Shown one piece after another: positions 9,551 through 19,140 of a stretch of 64,000 nt of DNA; within the stretch, counting starts at the first letter, position 1; every line of letters starts with the position of its first letter. The stretch is from Opitutia bacterium UBA7374 (GTDB lineage: Bacteria > Verrucomicrobiota > Verrucomicrobiia > Opitutales > Coraliomargaritaceae). The stretch spans positions 19,129 through 83,128 of the forward strand of contig DKOA01000046.1 of NCBI GenBank assembly GCA_002469895.1, in the 5' to 3' direction. Made by a program: the position numbers and the translations under genes. The notes beneath the pieces were generated by a model, which ran no database searches, was not told the origin of the DNA, and was given only the letters and a program-made list of their open reading frames with translations.

Positions 9551-10567
9551 TTAGGCGCTTGGAGGCTGGGCTTTGGCCGGCAGGCGGCTTTTTTCTACGG
9601 GTTCCTCCCAAGAACGCTTGGTCGCGGCAAGGAAGATCTCTTCCATGTCGGGTTGGCGTGGAGCAAGGCTGACCAGAGAAAATGAATTCTCATTACTGAG
9701 GATTTTTAATAATTCTGGGCTCTGTGCGAGTGTGGCCTCTTCGAACTGAAGACAGTGTTTACCTATACCGCCCTCGAGTTCTTCGCTGGCAGTAATTTCT
9801 GCAGACAAACCGGCTCTTTTGATTGCGGCTAGCAGGTCTTTGGGATCTCCCTGCATGGTTATATCCATCCGGCTCTCCGGGAGGAATTCATTGCGGAGAT
9901 CTGCGCTGGTGCCACTCGCGACAACCCGCCCCCGATTAATAATGATGACACGGTCACAGCAGCGCTCAATTTCGGGCAGTATATGGCTGGAAAGGATCAC
10001 CGTCATGCGCCCTCGAATGGAGTCTATGAGTTTGCGAATGCCTTGGATCTGATGCGGGTCGAGCCCGATGGTTGGCTCGTCCATAAGGATGACTTCCGGT
10101 TTGCCCAGAAGTGCATCCGCAATCCCGACTCGTTGGCGAAAGCCCTTAGAGAGTGTGCCGATGATTTTTCTTCGCGCAGTTCGCGCCAAGTCGCATATCT
10201 CCAAGGCATCTTGCACGGCTTGCCGAACCTTACGCGCAGGCACTTGCTTCAGTTCTGCTCGAAAGCGCAGGTATTCCGCTACACGCATGTCATTCGGCAG
10301 GGGATTGTTTTCCAGCATATAGCCGATCCGCTTCTTTAGTTCATGCGGGTGTTCGGACACAGATAAACCGGCTACCCGCGCGGATCCGGAGTGAGCCGGC
10401 AGTAGTCCACTCAGAATCCGCATCGTCGTGCTTTTTCCTGCACCGTTTGGGCCGAGAAACCCGACGATTTCTCCTCGTTTTACCTCGAAGCTGACATTGC
10501 GGATCGCTGCGACCGTACCATAGTTTCGAGAGAGGTTCTCGACGCGTATACTCGGTGGGATTTCCAT
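9551..10567 (-). CDS. ABC transporter ATP-binding protein (GldA-like)
   Basis: Walker A GPNGAGKST, ABC signature LSKGFRQR, Walker B ILMDEPTIGLD. Confidence 0.9.
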   Translation of the reverse strand: MEIPPSIRVENLSRNYGTVAAIRNVSFEVKRGEIVGFLGPNGAGKSTTMRILSGLLPAHSGSARVAGLSVSEHPHELKKRIGYMLENNPLPNDMRVAEYLRFRAELKQVPARKVRQAVQDALEICDLARTARRKIIGTLSKGFRQRVGIADALLGKPEVILMDEPTIGLDPHQIQGIRKLIDSIRGRMTVILSSHILPEIERCCDRVIIINRGRVVASGTSADLRNEFLPESRMDITMQGDPKDLLAAIKRAGLSAEITASEELEGGIGKHCLQFEEATLAQSPELLKILSNENSFSLVSLAPRQPDMEEIFLAATKRSWEEPVEKSRLPAKAQPPSA

Positions 10568-10776
10568 AAGTTCTCTCTTCTGCTTAGAGGATTCCGGTAA
10601 TCATGCAGTGCATTCTCGTAAATGGACAACATTTTTACACACTTCTACATTCTCCCTTAGCGCAGGTTCTTCAATGTGGCGGTTCACTCTTTAGGGCATG
10701 ATTTTTGAGAAAAAGGTGCTTTTTGTGAAAAACTGCTTTCCAGCCCAGTCCGTTTGCAGGTACGAATAACAGCACA

Positions 10777-11943
10777 ATGATTTCGAGTAAAGACGAGCTA
10801 AAAAATTTGGCCAGAGAGGCCGCCAGTGCAGGCGCTGTTGGGGTGGATACAGAATTTGTATGGAGCCGCACTTTTTATCCTACGCTCGGGCTCGTGCAAG
10901 TCGGGTTTCCCGATGGTCATTGTGTCTTGATCGATGCTCCGCAGGTCGAGGACTGGAGCCCTATCGGCGAATTGCTTTCCGATCCGGAAACGACGAAGAT
11001 CTTACACGATGCTCAGCAGGACTTAAAGATCCTGCGTCGCTTATGTGGCGGGGATCCCCAGGGCATATTTGATACGCAGTTGAGCTGTGGCTTTATCGGC
11101 TTGTCTTCGACGATTTCCCTGAGCGATGCATTAAAAAGACTACTTCGTGTGCGTTTGGATAAAACAGAGACGCAGTCTGACTGGGTGGCCCGGCCGCTAA
11201 CGGATGCTCAGCTTAAATATGCCGAAGACGATGTCCGCCATTCAGTCGATCTCATGCTAGAGATTACAGATAGAGCTGAAGCACTTGGTCGTGCAGAGTG
11301 GATCCGGGATGAAATGAGTTTTTATGATAATCCCAAACTTTATCGCGAGCCGGATCCTGAAACTGAAATGCCCAGGGTGCGGGGCAGTGGTGCCTTAAAC
11401 AAAAGACAACGCGATGTATTGCGGGCATTGGCCTCGTGGCGAGAGTCGAGTGCGAGAAGGCGGAATTTGCCCAGGGGGTTCATCCTCTCGGATGAGGCAA
11501 TTGTGGCACTGACCAAGAACACACCGTCTTCGCCCGAAGCGATTCATCCAGTCAAAGGGTTGAATAAGAACAATCTAGACCGAAATCGTGAGAAGATCTG
11601 GAAGGCAATTAGTCGTGGTGTTGAGGGGGATCTGCCGGAACTGCCGAATACGAATCAGCAGGGACCTTCTCCGGATGAAGGTTTTGAAGCGAGGGTAGAC
11701 TTAGCTTTGGCCTGTATTAAAGGGACTTCACTAGCGGCCGGGATTGACCCGGCTTTGGTGGGCAATCGATCGGAGATCACTGAATTTGTTCTGGAGGCTG
11801 GACTAGAGGATGGGAACAGTCAAAACCGCCTACGAAATGGATGGCGTTCTAATTTTTGCGGTGGCCGCTTACGGGAGTTACTGCATGGTAAAGGCAGCGT
11901 ATTGATTGACCAAGAAACAAACATGCCAAAGCTATCCGACTAA
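10777..11943 (+). CDS. rnd: ribonuclease D
   Basis: DEDDy exonuclease motifs VGVDTEF, LHDAQQDL and YAEDDV, followed by an HRDC-like region (RRNLPRGFILSDEAIVALTKN). Confidence 0.85.
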   Translation: MISSKDELKNLAREAASAGAVGVDTEFVWSRTFYPTLGLVQVGFPDGHCVLIDAPQVEDWSPIGELLSDPETTKILHDAQQDLKILRRLCGGDPQGIFDTQLSCGFIGLSSTISLSDALKRLLRVRLDKTETQSDWVARPLTDAQLKYAEDDVRHSVDLMLEITDRAEALGRAEWIRDEMSFYDNPKLYREPDPETEMPRVRGSGALNKRQRDVLRALASWRESSARRRNLPRGFILSDEAIVALTKNTPSSPEAIHPVKGLNKNNLDRNREKIWKAISRGVEGDLPELPNTNQQGPSPDEGFEARVDLALACIKGTSLAAGIDPALVGNRSEITEFVLEAGLEDGNSQNRLRNGWRSNFCGGRLRELLHGKGSVLIDQETNMPKLSD

Positions 11944-11955
11944 GGGAGCCGTCGT

Positions 11956-12699
11956 TTACAATACGAAGTCTTTTTTTGCGATAAGGACGACAAATTCTCC
12001 TTTCTGGCTACCTCGAGCCACTCGATCGCACACATCAATTGCGGTGCCCGTATGAATCGTTTCGTGCATCTTGGTTAATTCCCGGCAAACGCTTATGCAG
12101 CGCAGAGGACCGAGTACAGTAACCAACTCATTAAGAAATTTTGTAATACGGTGACAGGATTCGTAGAGCACCAGTGTATATTCGAGATCTTGATACTTTT
12201 CCAGAAAGCGTTTTCTGGCAGCGCTTTTGGGTGGGAGAAAACCGGCGAAGAGAAAACCATTACTGGGGAGGCCGGAAAGGGAAAGTGCGGTAGCCGCGGC
12301 GGTAGGCCCGGGAGCGCTGGTCACGGGTAGGCCGCGCTTGCGGCATTCACGAACAAGCCGGAAGCCGGGATCACTGATGGCCGGTGTCCCGGCGTCACAA
12401 ACAAGAATGATATCTTTTCCTTCAGTGATTTGGTCGGCGAGTAGAGAGGCGAGCCGAGTTTCGTTTTCTTCTCGAAAGGAAATTAACTCGGCGTCTTTGC
12501 CGGCTTCGATCAGGCTGAGTAGTTTGCCCGTAACGCGGGTATCTTCACAAGCGATGCATTGGGCATCGAGTAAAGTTTGTTTTGCCCGGTCGGTAATATC
12601 GCCGAGATTCCCGATTGGCACGGAGACAAGCGTCAATCTGCCGGATGCTGCGTTTACGCTCATGCCTGCAGGTAACTGTGTACCTACAGGCATTGGCAA
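11956..12699 (-). CDS. rsmI: 16S rRNA (cytidine1402-2'-O)-methyltransferase
   Basis: Tetrapyrrole-methylase fold with VPIGNLGDIT, ACEDTRVTGKLL and LVCDAGTPAISDPG. The true start may be the internal Met at 12663. Confidence 0.85.
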   Translation of the reverse strand: MPMPVGTQLPAGMSVNAASGRLTLVSVPIGNLGDITDRAKQTLLDAQCIACEDTRVTGKLLSLIEAGKDAELISFREENETRLASLLADQITEGKDIILVCDAGTPAISDPGFRLVRECRKRGLPVTSAPGPTAAATALSLSGLPSNGFLFAGFLPPKSAARKRFLEKYQDLEYTLVLYESCHRITKFLNELVTVLGPLRCISVCRELTKMHETIHTGTAIDVCDRVARGSQKGEFVVLIAKKDFVL

Positions 12700-12718
12700 T
12701 AAAGAAAAAGCAGGTTGC

Positions 12719-12865
12719 TTAGAAACCGCCCATTCCAGGGGCTCCGCCCTCCCAAGACGCGGGTCGACCCCAAGGCACGGTTTGCTCGTCTACGGTGCTA
12801 TTAAAGCAACCGGTCAGAGCAAAAACAGAGAGGAGCAATAAGCAGAGGAGGGTGTGCTTGCGCAT
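12719..12865 (-). CDS. small putative lipoprotein (48 aa), below the ORF-track length cutoff
   Basis: My own translation gives MRKHTLLCLLLLSVFALTGCFNSTVDEQTVPWGRPASWEGGAPGMGGF. It has a positively charged N-terminus, a hydrophobic core and lipobox L-T-G-C. It fills the 184-nt gap between rsmI and the coiled-coil gene on the same strand. Confidence 0.45.
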   Translation of the reverse strand: MRKHTLLCLLLLSVFALTGCFNSTVDEQTVPWGRPASWEGGAPGMGGF

Positions 12866-12883
12866 AAGTCGTAAAAGTTGAAA

Positions 12884-13705
12884 CTATCGAAGGAACTGAA
12901 CCATGCTCCCATCGCTCAGTGAAGAGGGCGCGGGATCTGGAAGAATGTGAGCTAGAAGCTCATTTCCATTGGATTCAATGATGCGAATTTTGGCAAGTGC
13001 CTTGAAGCCTTTGACTAAAGTAATTTCGGAACCTGCCTCAAGAGCGGCTTCCGCGGAGGCTTCGAGAACCAGCATGCCGTCTCGTGCTTGCGTGGTCAAA
13101 ATTGTTATCTCCGGGCCCAGGCTGGCGGGCAGGACAGCGGGACGGGTGTTAAAGCTGTACGCATCAGTCGTGGTGGGCGCTTCGTCGGCGAACGAGTTGC
13201 TTGCTGTGGCAACGTCGGCTTTGGCCAGCATGATTTGTTGCATCTCGTTATTTGATTCCCGCAAGGCGACCAACTGTTGTTCCATTTGTTTGATTTGTGC
13301 GGTGCTGCTTTCCAGCGCAGATACTTGACGACGTATGGCAGAGAGTTGACGACTGAGAGAACCGTTCTGTTCCTCCAGGTTGTTCGCTTTGCGCCCCGCA
13401 TCTGCAAGTTGCTTACTTAAGCGGTTACCCTTCTGCTTTTCCATCGCCAGCTGGGAGTTTGCCTTGCTCAGCTGGTTGCGGGTTTGGGAGAGGGAAGTCC
13501 GTTCACTTTCAAGATCCTTCTTGAGAGACTGGATGTTCTCGTTAGCGGAATCGAGTTGGCTTTGCGTTGCGGCTTCCGCCTGGCGTGAGGCGTCCAACTG
13601 GTTGGCAGTGTCAGCTAGCTGATTCTTTGTATCAAAGAATAAATAGCCAAGTGCACCAGCGGCGATGAGAGCGAGTACGGCAAGAATAGTGGCAATGTGC
13701 TTCAT
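12884..13705 (-). CDS. membrane-anchored coiled-coil protein, function unknown
   Basis: N-terminal TM helix (IATILAVLALIAAGALGYLFF), then about 150 aa of Q/S/L/E-rich heptad-like sequence and a C-terminal globular part. Confidence 0.6.
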   Translation of the reverse strand: MKHIATILAVLALIAAGALGYLFFDTKNQLADTANQLDASRQAEAATQSQLDSANENIQSLKKDLESERTSLSQTRNQLSKANSQLAMEKQKGNRLSKQLADAGRKANNLEEQNGSLSRQLSAIRRQVSALESSTAQIKQMEQQLVALRESNNEMQQIMLAKADVATASNSFADEAPTTTDAYSFNTRPAVLPASLGPEITILTTQARDGMLVLEASAEAALEAGSEITLVKGFKALAKIRIIESNGNELLAHILPDPAPSSLSDGSMVQFLR

Positions 13706-13764
13706 GAGATGTGCGAGTTGGGCTGTTTTTCCGACATGGGAAAAGCAGCAGGTAGGGTTGAAGG

Positions 13765-15342
13765 TTAAACTGACAAAAAGGTAGTTTCATGGGGAAGTCC
13801 ATCTTGTTTAAGCTGAATGCCTCGATTGTTTACGGATAGGCGCTTGAGGATTTTATAGATGTTTTCAGCGTTTTCCGGACAATTGAGTTCTGCTGAGAGA
13901 GCCTGCGCGGTCAGGGCTTCGCCGGCCTGTGCCTTTAGCGCAGATAGAACTTGTAACTCTAGCTCCAAGACACCGGCAGCAGCCTTTTTCCCTGCTTCCA
14001 CGCCGGGTTGGTGATAGGCATTCACGTTAATCATGTGGGCATAAATTCCGACAGCTCGCTCAAAGAGCGCGATGAGGCGACCGATGGCTTCCGGGGTAAC
14101 TTCATGAATCGTAATGGTGATAGATTCTCTGCCGTTTTCGTGCAGTGCTTGACGGGTGCCGAGGTAGAAGCCCTGTAGGTAATCTCCAGTCGTGGTGTCT
14201 GCGTCGACCTCAATGGAGTCTCCCTTACGGTCTTTGAGAACTTCAATAAAGGTTACAAAAAAATTGTGTACACCTTCCCGCAATTGCTGAACGTAGGCAT
14301 GCTGATCGGTGGATCCTTTGTTGCCGTAGACAGCAATGCCTTGGTGCACTGTATTGCCCTCTAAATCGAGTTCCTTGCCGAGGGACTCCATGACCAATTG
14401 CTGTAGGTATTTGGAGAAGAGCATGAGGCGGTCTTTGTAGGGTAGGACGACCATATCTTTAGCGCCTCGGCCACCGGTTGCCTGATACCACATCAGGGCC
14501 AGTAGGGCGGCCGGGTTGTTTTGGGTTTCCCGGATACGGGTTGCGTTGTCCATCTCAGCCGCTCCGGAGAGCATGCGATCGATATCGATGCCCTGCAAGG
14601 CAGCGGGCAGCAGACCGACAGCAGCGAGTTCCGAGGTGCGACCGCCGACCCAGTCCCACATGGGCAAGCGATTGAGCCAGCCTTCTGACTCCGCGACAGC
14701 GTCAAGCTTGGAGCCTTTGCCGGTTATAGCGATAGCATGCTGGGCAAAATTAAGGCCGGATCTCTGGTACGCAGCTTTTGCCTCGAGCATACCGTTGCGC
14801 GTTTCTGCGGTGCCTCCCGATTTTGAAATAACAATGCAAAGAGTGCGACCTAACTGGCCCTCCAGTGCAGTCATTGTTCGATCCATGCCGTCCGGATCGG
14901 TATTATCAAAGAAGTAGAGCTTAATCTTGTCCCGCTGCGGGCAACCGAGCGCGTCGGCTACAAACTGAGGGCCCAATGCAGAGCCACCAATACCGATGAC
15001 CAAACAGTTTTCAATGGAGCCGCTACTTCCTGTTGTCGTACCGCTATGGACATCGGCAGCGATTGTTTTAATCGCCTCCAGACAGGTTTCGATATCGCTG
15101 CGAATCGATGGGTCTGGCGCGAGAGCGGCATTGCGCAGCCAGTAGTGGCCGACCTGCCGATTTTCATCGGGGTTTGCCACTGCTCCGGCCTCAAGCGCTT
15201 CCATTGCATCGTAGGCAGCCTGTGCCTTTGGTTCCATTTGCAGGAGGAAGCTGTCGTCGAAACCGATCCGGCTGATGTCCAGAGCGAACTCGAGTTCTTT
15301 GCTCTGCAAGTAGTATTTGTTAAAGCGTTCCCAAGTGGACAT
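13765..15342 (-). CDS. pgi: glucose-6-phosphate isomerase
   Basis: 525 aa with PGI motifs GIGGSALGP, SKSGGTAET and GGRTSELAAVGLLPAAL. Confidence 0.9.
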   Translation of the reverse strand: MSTWERFNKYYLQSKELEFALDISRIGFDDSFLLQMEPKAQAAYDAMEALEAGAVANPDENRQVGHYWLRNAALAPDPSIRSDIETCLEAIKTIAADVHSGTTTGSSGSIENCLVIGIGGSALGPQFVADALGCPQRDKIKLYFFDNTDPDGMDRTMTALEGQLGRTLCIVISKSGGTAETRNGMLEAKAAYQRSGLNFAQHAIAITGKGSKLDAVAESEGWLNRLPMWDWVGGRTSELAAVGLLPAALQGIDIDRMLSGAAEMDNATRIRETQNNPAALLALMWYQATGGRGAKDMVVLPYKDRLMLFSKYLQQLVMESLGKELDLEGNTVHQGIAVYGNKGSTDQHAYVQQLREGVHNFFVTFIEVLKDRKGDSIEVDADTTTGDYLQGFYLGTRQALHENGRESITITIHEVTPEAIGRLIALFERAVGIYAHMINVNAYHQPGVEAGKKAAAGVLELELQVLSALKAQAGEALTAQALSAELNCPENAENIYKILKRLSVNNRGIQLKQDGLPHETTFLSV

Positions 15343-15374
15343 ATCAGATATAGTTAATTTTTTCGCAGAGTTAT

Positions 15375-17093
15375 TTAACGAGAGATTTTATCGGTCACCG
15401 CACCTTCGGATGCGGTGGCAACCAGAGCTGCGTACTTGCCCAGAACCCCCCGCGTCTCCCCGGGGCCACTTGGCTGGAATGCGGCCATTCTGGCGGCGTA
15501 CTCAGTAGGCTCGATGCAGAGCTCAATCGTGTTTTTAACGGCATCGATCTCGATCGTGTCGCCATCCTGCACGATACCAATCGGACCCCCATTAGCTGCT
15601 TCCGGAGTGATATGCCCGACATCAAAACCGTGGCTGCCGCCAGAGAAACGCCCATCTGTGATTAGGGCGACTTCCTGAATGAGCCCGCGACCTGCAACGG
15701 CGCTGGTGGGGGAAAGCATTTCCCGCATGCCGGGTCCGCCGACAGGGCCTTCGTTACGGATGACAACAACATCTCCGGACTGAACATCCCCCCGGAGTAT
15801 GCCGGTCAGGGCATCTTCCTCGCTCTCATAAACTTTCGCGGTTCCCTTAAAATGTAGGCCTTCCTTGCCGGTAATTTTGCCCACTGCGCCGCCCGGGGCG
15901 AGGTTTCCCCGGAGTATACGCAGGTGGGTGCTGTCCTTGATCGGGTTGTCCCAGGGACGGATAATATCTTGTTCATCCGGGTAGGCTGCGTAATCCCCAA
16001 CGCCTTCCAGCGATTCAGCGATGGTTTGCCCGGTAACAGTGAGACAGTCCCCATGTAGCAGACCACGATCGAGGAGTCGTTTCATCATGGGTCGGATGCC
16101 GCCGACACGGATAAGATGGCTCATGTTGTAACGTCCGAATGGTTTTACGTCAGCCAATAGAGGAATGCGTTCACCGATTTCAGCGAAGTCGTCGAGTGAG
16201 AGGTGGACTTCGGCAGAATGGGCGATGGCCAGTAGGTGGAGGATGAGATTGGTCGAGCCACCGAGCGCGAGACAGGTAGTGATGGCGTTTTCAAATGCTT
16301 TGCGGGTCATGATATCACGTGGATTGATACCCTTCTCCAGCATTTCCATAACGGCCGCTCCTGCTTGCTCGCAGTCTTTTCTTTTGTCTTCGCCCACAGC
16401 GATCTGCGCACTGCTACCGGGCAGGCTCATACCCAGTGCTTCGATTGCGCTGGCCATGGTATTTGCCGTGTACATGCCGCCACAGGAGCCTGGGCCGGGA
16501 ATCGCGTGCTCCTCAACTTGCTTCAGCTCCTCGTCGCTCATCGCCCCTTTAGCGTGTTTCCCGACAGCTTCGAACACGGAGACGATATCCATCGCGTTAC
16601 AGGCGTCTTTTTCTTTGCCGGGAAGGAATCCGGGGAGAATTGTACCCCCATAGACAAAGACCGCCGGGCGGTTGAGCCGAGCGATTGCAATCATGCATCC
16701 GGGCATATTTTTATCACAACCACCGATGGCGACTAGACCATCAAAGCCTTCCGCCGCGGTAGTCGTTTCGATAGAATCTGCAATGACATCACGGGAGACG
16801 AGGCTGTAACGCATACCTTTTGTGCCCATTGAGATGCCATCGGAAACCGTGATGGTGCTGAAGTTGACAGCCTTCCCCGCGGCCTCATTGATTCCATTGG
16901 TCGCGTGCTTAGCAAGTTCACCTAGGTGCATATTGCATGGGGTAAGGTCGCTCGGAGAACTGGCGACCCCGATTTGGGGCTTGGCAAAATCTTCATCCTG
17001 AAAACCCACCGCACGGAGCATGGAGCGGGCTGGCGCACGGTCATTACCGTCGACGACGGCTGCGGAGTGGGGACGTGTATTGGGTGCTTGCAT
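15375..17093 (-). CDS. ilvD: dihydroxy-acid dehydratase
   Basis: 572 aa with IlvD/Edd family motifs GGCDKNMPG and SCGGMYTANTM, and the C-terminal ALITDGRFSGGSHG. Confidence 0.95.
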   Translation of the reverse strand: MQAPNTRPHSAAVVDGNDRAPARSMLRAVGFQDEDFAKPQIGVASSPSDLTPCNMHLGELAKHATNGINEAAGKAVNFSTITVSDGISMGTKGMRYSLVSRDVIADSIETTTAAEGFDGLVAIGGCDKNMPGCMIAIARLNRPAVFVYGGTILPGFLPGKEKDACNAMDIVSVFEAVGKHAKGAMSDEELKQVEEHAIPGPGSCGGMYTANTMASAIEALGMSLPGSSAQIAVGEDKRKDCEQAGAAVMEMLEKGINPRDIMTRKAFENAITTCLALGGSTNLILHLLAIAHSAEVHLSLDDFAEIGERIPLLADVKPFGRYNMSHLIRVGGIRPMMKRLLDRGLLHGDCLTVTGQTIAESLEGVGDYAAYPDEQDIIRPWDNPIKDSTHLRILRGNLAPGGAVGKITGKEGLHFKGTAKVYESEEDALTGILRGDVQSGDVVVIRNEGPVGGPGMREMLSPTSAVAGRGLIQEVALITDGRFSGGSHGFDVGHITPEAANGGPIGIVQDGDTIEIDAVKNTIELCIEPTEYAARMAAFQPSGPGETRGVLGKYAALVATASEGAVTDKISR

Positions 17094-17212
17094 GGCAGGG
17101 AAGTGGGTTTAGTTTTCCTTTCTCGTTGCGATGAATGTTCGGATTGAATGGATTCGGACGATGGCGACAACAAGCTTTTTACACTAATGCTGAGCATTTA
17201 CTTTATTTTACG

Positions 17213-17998
17213 ATGGAACCCGACTTAAAAAAGATACTTGAAGCGCTCCTGTTCTCTACGGCAGAACCGATTTCCTTGCGGCAATTTGTCAAGCTCTTCG
17301 CCCGTTACCAAGCGGAGCAAGCGGCTGGGCAGGCAGAGTCAGAGGCGGGGTCAGAGGCGGAAACTGAGGCGACTGCACTAGAAAAAATCGGTGAGTCGGC
17401 TTTGCGAAAGGCGATGGAGTCTTTGATCAGTGAGGCGGAGATGGAGGATCGTGCCTATCGCATTGTGGAGGGCCCGGCTGGGTTTCAATTGGCCACGGCA
17501 CCACAGTTTGCGGTTTTTGTGCGCTTGCTGCGCGGCGAGCCACGCCCCTTTCGCTTAAGCCCGGCCGCGATGGAGACAATCTCAATCGTGGCCTATCGTC
17601 AGCCCGTTACCCGGGCAGAGATTGAAGCCATTCGCGGGGTCTCTGCAGATGGGCCGTTAAACAAATTGATTGAGTTGGAGCTGGTCCAGGTAACGGGTCG
17701 GGCAGAGCTGCCCGGCCGTCCCATACAATATGGTACGACCGATGCATTTTTAGAGTTTTGTGGGATCAAAGAATTGGACGAGTTGCCGGCTTCCGATGTG
17801 TTGAGCAACCATCAGATCGATGACTGGATGCGCAAGTCCGAAGAGCCGGAGGCGCCCATATATGATCAAGACGTGGGTTTGGCGCCGGAGCCGAAACCGG
17901 ATGAATTGCCGCTAGACGAGACGTATGCAGCCATTGATTGGCAGCAGGAGAATGCGGAAAGCGATGCAGCCGGCATGTCACCGCCGGAGGTGTCTTGA
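17213..17998 (+). CDS. scpB: segregation and condensation protein B
   Basis: ILEALLFSTAEPISL at the N-terminus and VAYRQPVTRAEIEAIRGV (winged-helix 2). The start is set at MEPDLKK (ATG 17213) rather than the upstream alternative at 17135. Confidence 0.8.
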   Translation: MEPDLKKILEALLFSTAEPISLRQFVKLFARYQAEQAAGQAESEAGSEAETEATALEKIGESALRKAMESLISEAEMEDRAYRIVEGPAGFQLATAPQFAVFVRLLRGEPRPFRLSPAAMETISIVAYRQPVTRAEIEAIRGVSADGPLNKLIELELVQVTGRAELPGRPIQYGTTDAFLEFCGIKELDELPASDVLSNHQIDDWMRKSEEPEAPIYDQDVGLAPEPKPDELPLDETYAAIDWQQENAESDAAGMSPPEVS

Positions 17999-18051
17999 CA
18001 GAGGGCGTTCTTCTTTGCGGTATCAATGCTTACGTTAACAGCGCGCCTGCT

Positions 18052-19140
18052 ATGACTGATAATATCCAAAATAAGTTAGAAGAAAGCCGTCAAGCGATCG
18101 ACTCAATCGACCGTGAAGTCGTCCGCTTGCTCAGCGAACGGGTTAGCCATGCAGTCAAGATCGGGAAAATTAAGCATGCGAGTGATGCCGATTTTTATGA
18201 TCCCACGCGCGAGGCGGAGGTCATGGATAAGATTTCCGCGCTGAATCCGGGGTCCATTCCGGATAAGACGCTTCGTGCTATTTATCGTGAAGTCATTTCC
18301 GGCTCGATTTCGTTGGAAAAGGTACTGGTCATTGCCTACTTGGGCCCCGAGGCTACGTATACACACCAGGCAGCCGTACGCAGCTTTGGCGCCAGCCTGG
18401 ACTATCGTCCGATGAAGACGATCTCGGATGTGTTCGCGGAGGTTGAGCAAGGCGATGCGGACTATGGAGTCATCCCTATTGAGAATTCGACGGAGGGCGC
18501 GGTTTTTCACTCGATGGATCGTTTGGTCGAATCCGATTTGAAGATTTGTTCACAGGTATACTTACCGATTGAGCATTGCCTCCTCTCGAGTTCGTCGGGG
18601 GATACAATCCGGGCCGTGCACTCGAAGGATCAGGCGCTGGGACAATGTCGAGAATGGCTACGGCGAAATCTCCCGGAGGCGGCGCTGGTCGAAGCCACAA
18701 GCACCGCGGCGGCCGCAGAATTGGCTAGTCGTGAGCCGGGTGTCGCGGCAATCGCCAGTGAATTGACGACTGGCTTGTACAACTTGGAGATTCGTGAGCG
18801 GGGAATCCAGGATAAATCCGGGAATGTGACCCGTTTCCTTGTAGTGGGGAAAACTTTAGCAAAACCATTGGGAGATGGGCGCGACAAGACGAGCTTGGTG
18901 TTGTCTATGAAGGATGAGTGCGGTGCTTTACAGCGCGTTCTGGAGAGCTTCGCCTCGCGTGGTATTAATTTAAGTAAGATCGAGTCTCGTCCCAGTCGGA
19001 AGAAGGCCTGGGACTACATCTTTTTTATTGATCTGCTGGGTCACTACACCGATGAACCGGTGCAAGCTGCCCTGAGTGAGTTGGAGTCGCATTGCTCCTT
19101 CGTAAAATGGCTCGGCAGCTACCCGAATGTTGAAGCCTAG
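18052..19140 (+). CDS. pheA: bifunctional chorismate mutase / prephenate dehydratase (P-protein)
   Basis: CM_2 helix region (LEESRQAIDSIDREVVRLLSERV), PDT domain (IAYLGPEATYTHQAA, IENSTEGAV) and ACT domain (GALQRVLESFASRGINLSKIESRP). The start is set at MTDNIQ (ATG 18052). Confidence 0.85.
   Translation: MTDNIQNKLEESRQAIDSIDREVVRLLSERVSHAVKIGKIKHASDADFYDPTREAEVMDKISALNPGSIPDKTLRAIYREVISGSISLEKVLVIAYLGPEATYTHQAAVRSFGASLDYRPMKTISDVFAEVEQGDADYGVIPIENSTEGAVFHSMDRLVESDLKICSQVYLPIEHCLLSSSSGDTIRAVHSKDQALGQCREWLRRNLPEAALVEATSTAAAAELASREPGVAAIASELTTGLYNLEIRERGIQDKSGNVTRFLVVGKTLAKPLGDGRDKTSLVLSMKDECGALQRVLESFASRGINLSKIESRPSRKKAWDYIFFIDLLGHYTDEPVQAALSELESHCSFVKWLGSYPNVEA

Noticed and set aside
12227-12841. 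204-aa plus-strand ORF
   Set aside because: It is antisense to the well-supported rsmI and the small lipoprotein gene. Its Arg/Ser/Pro-rich composition is typical of a shadow ORF.
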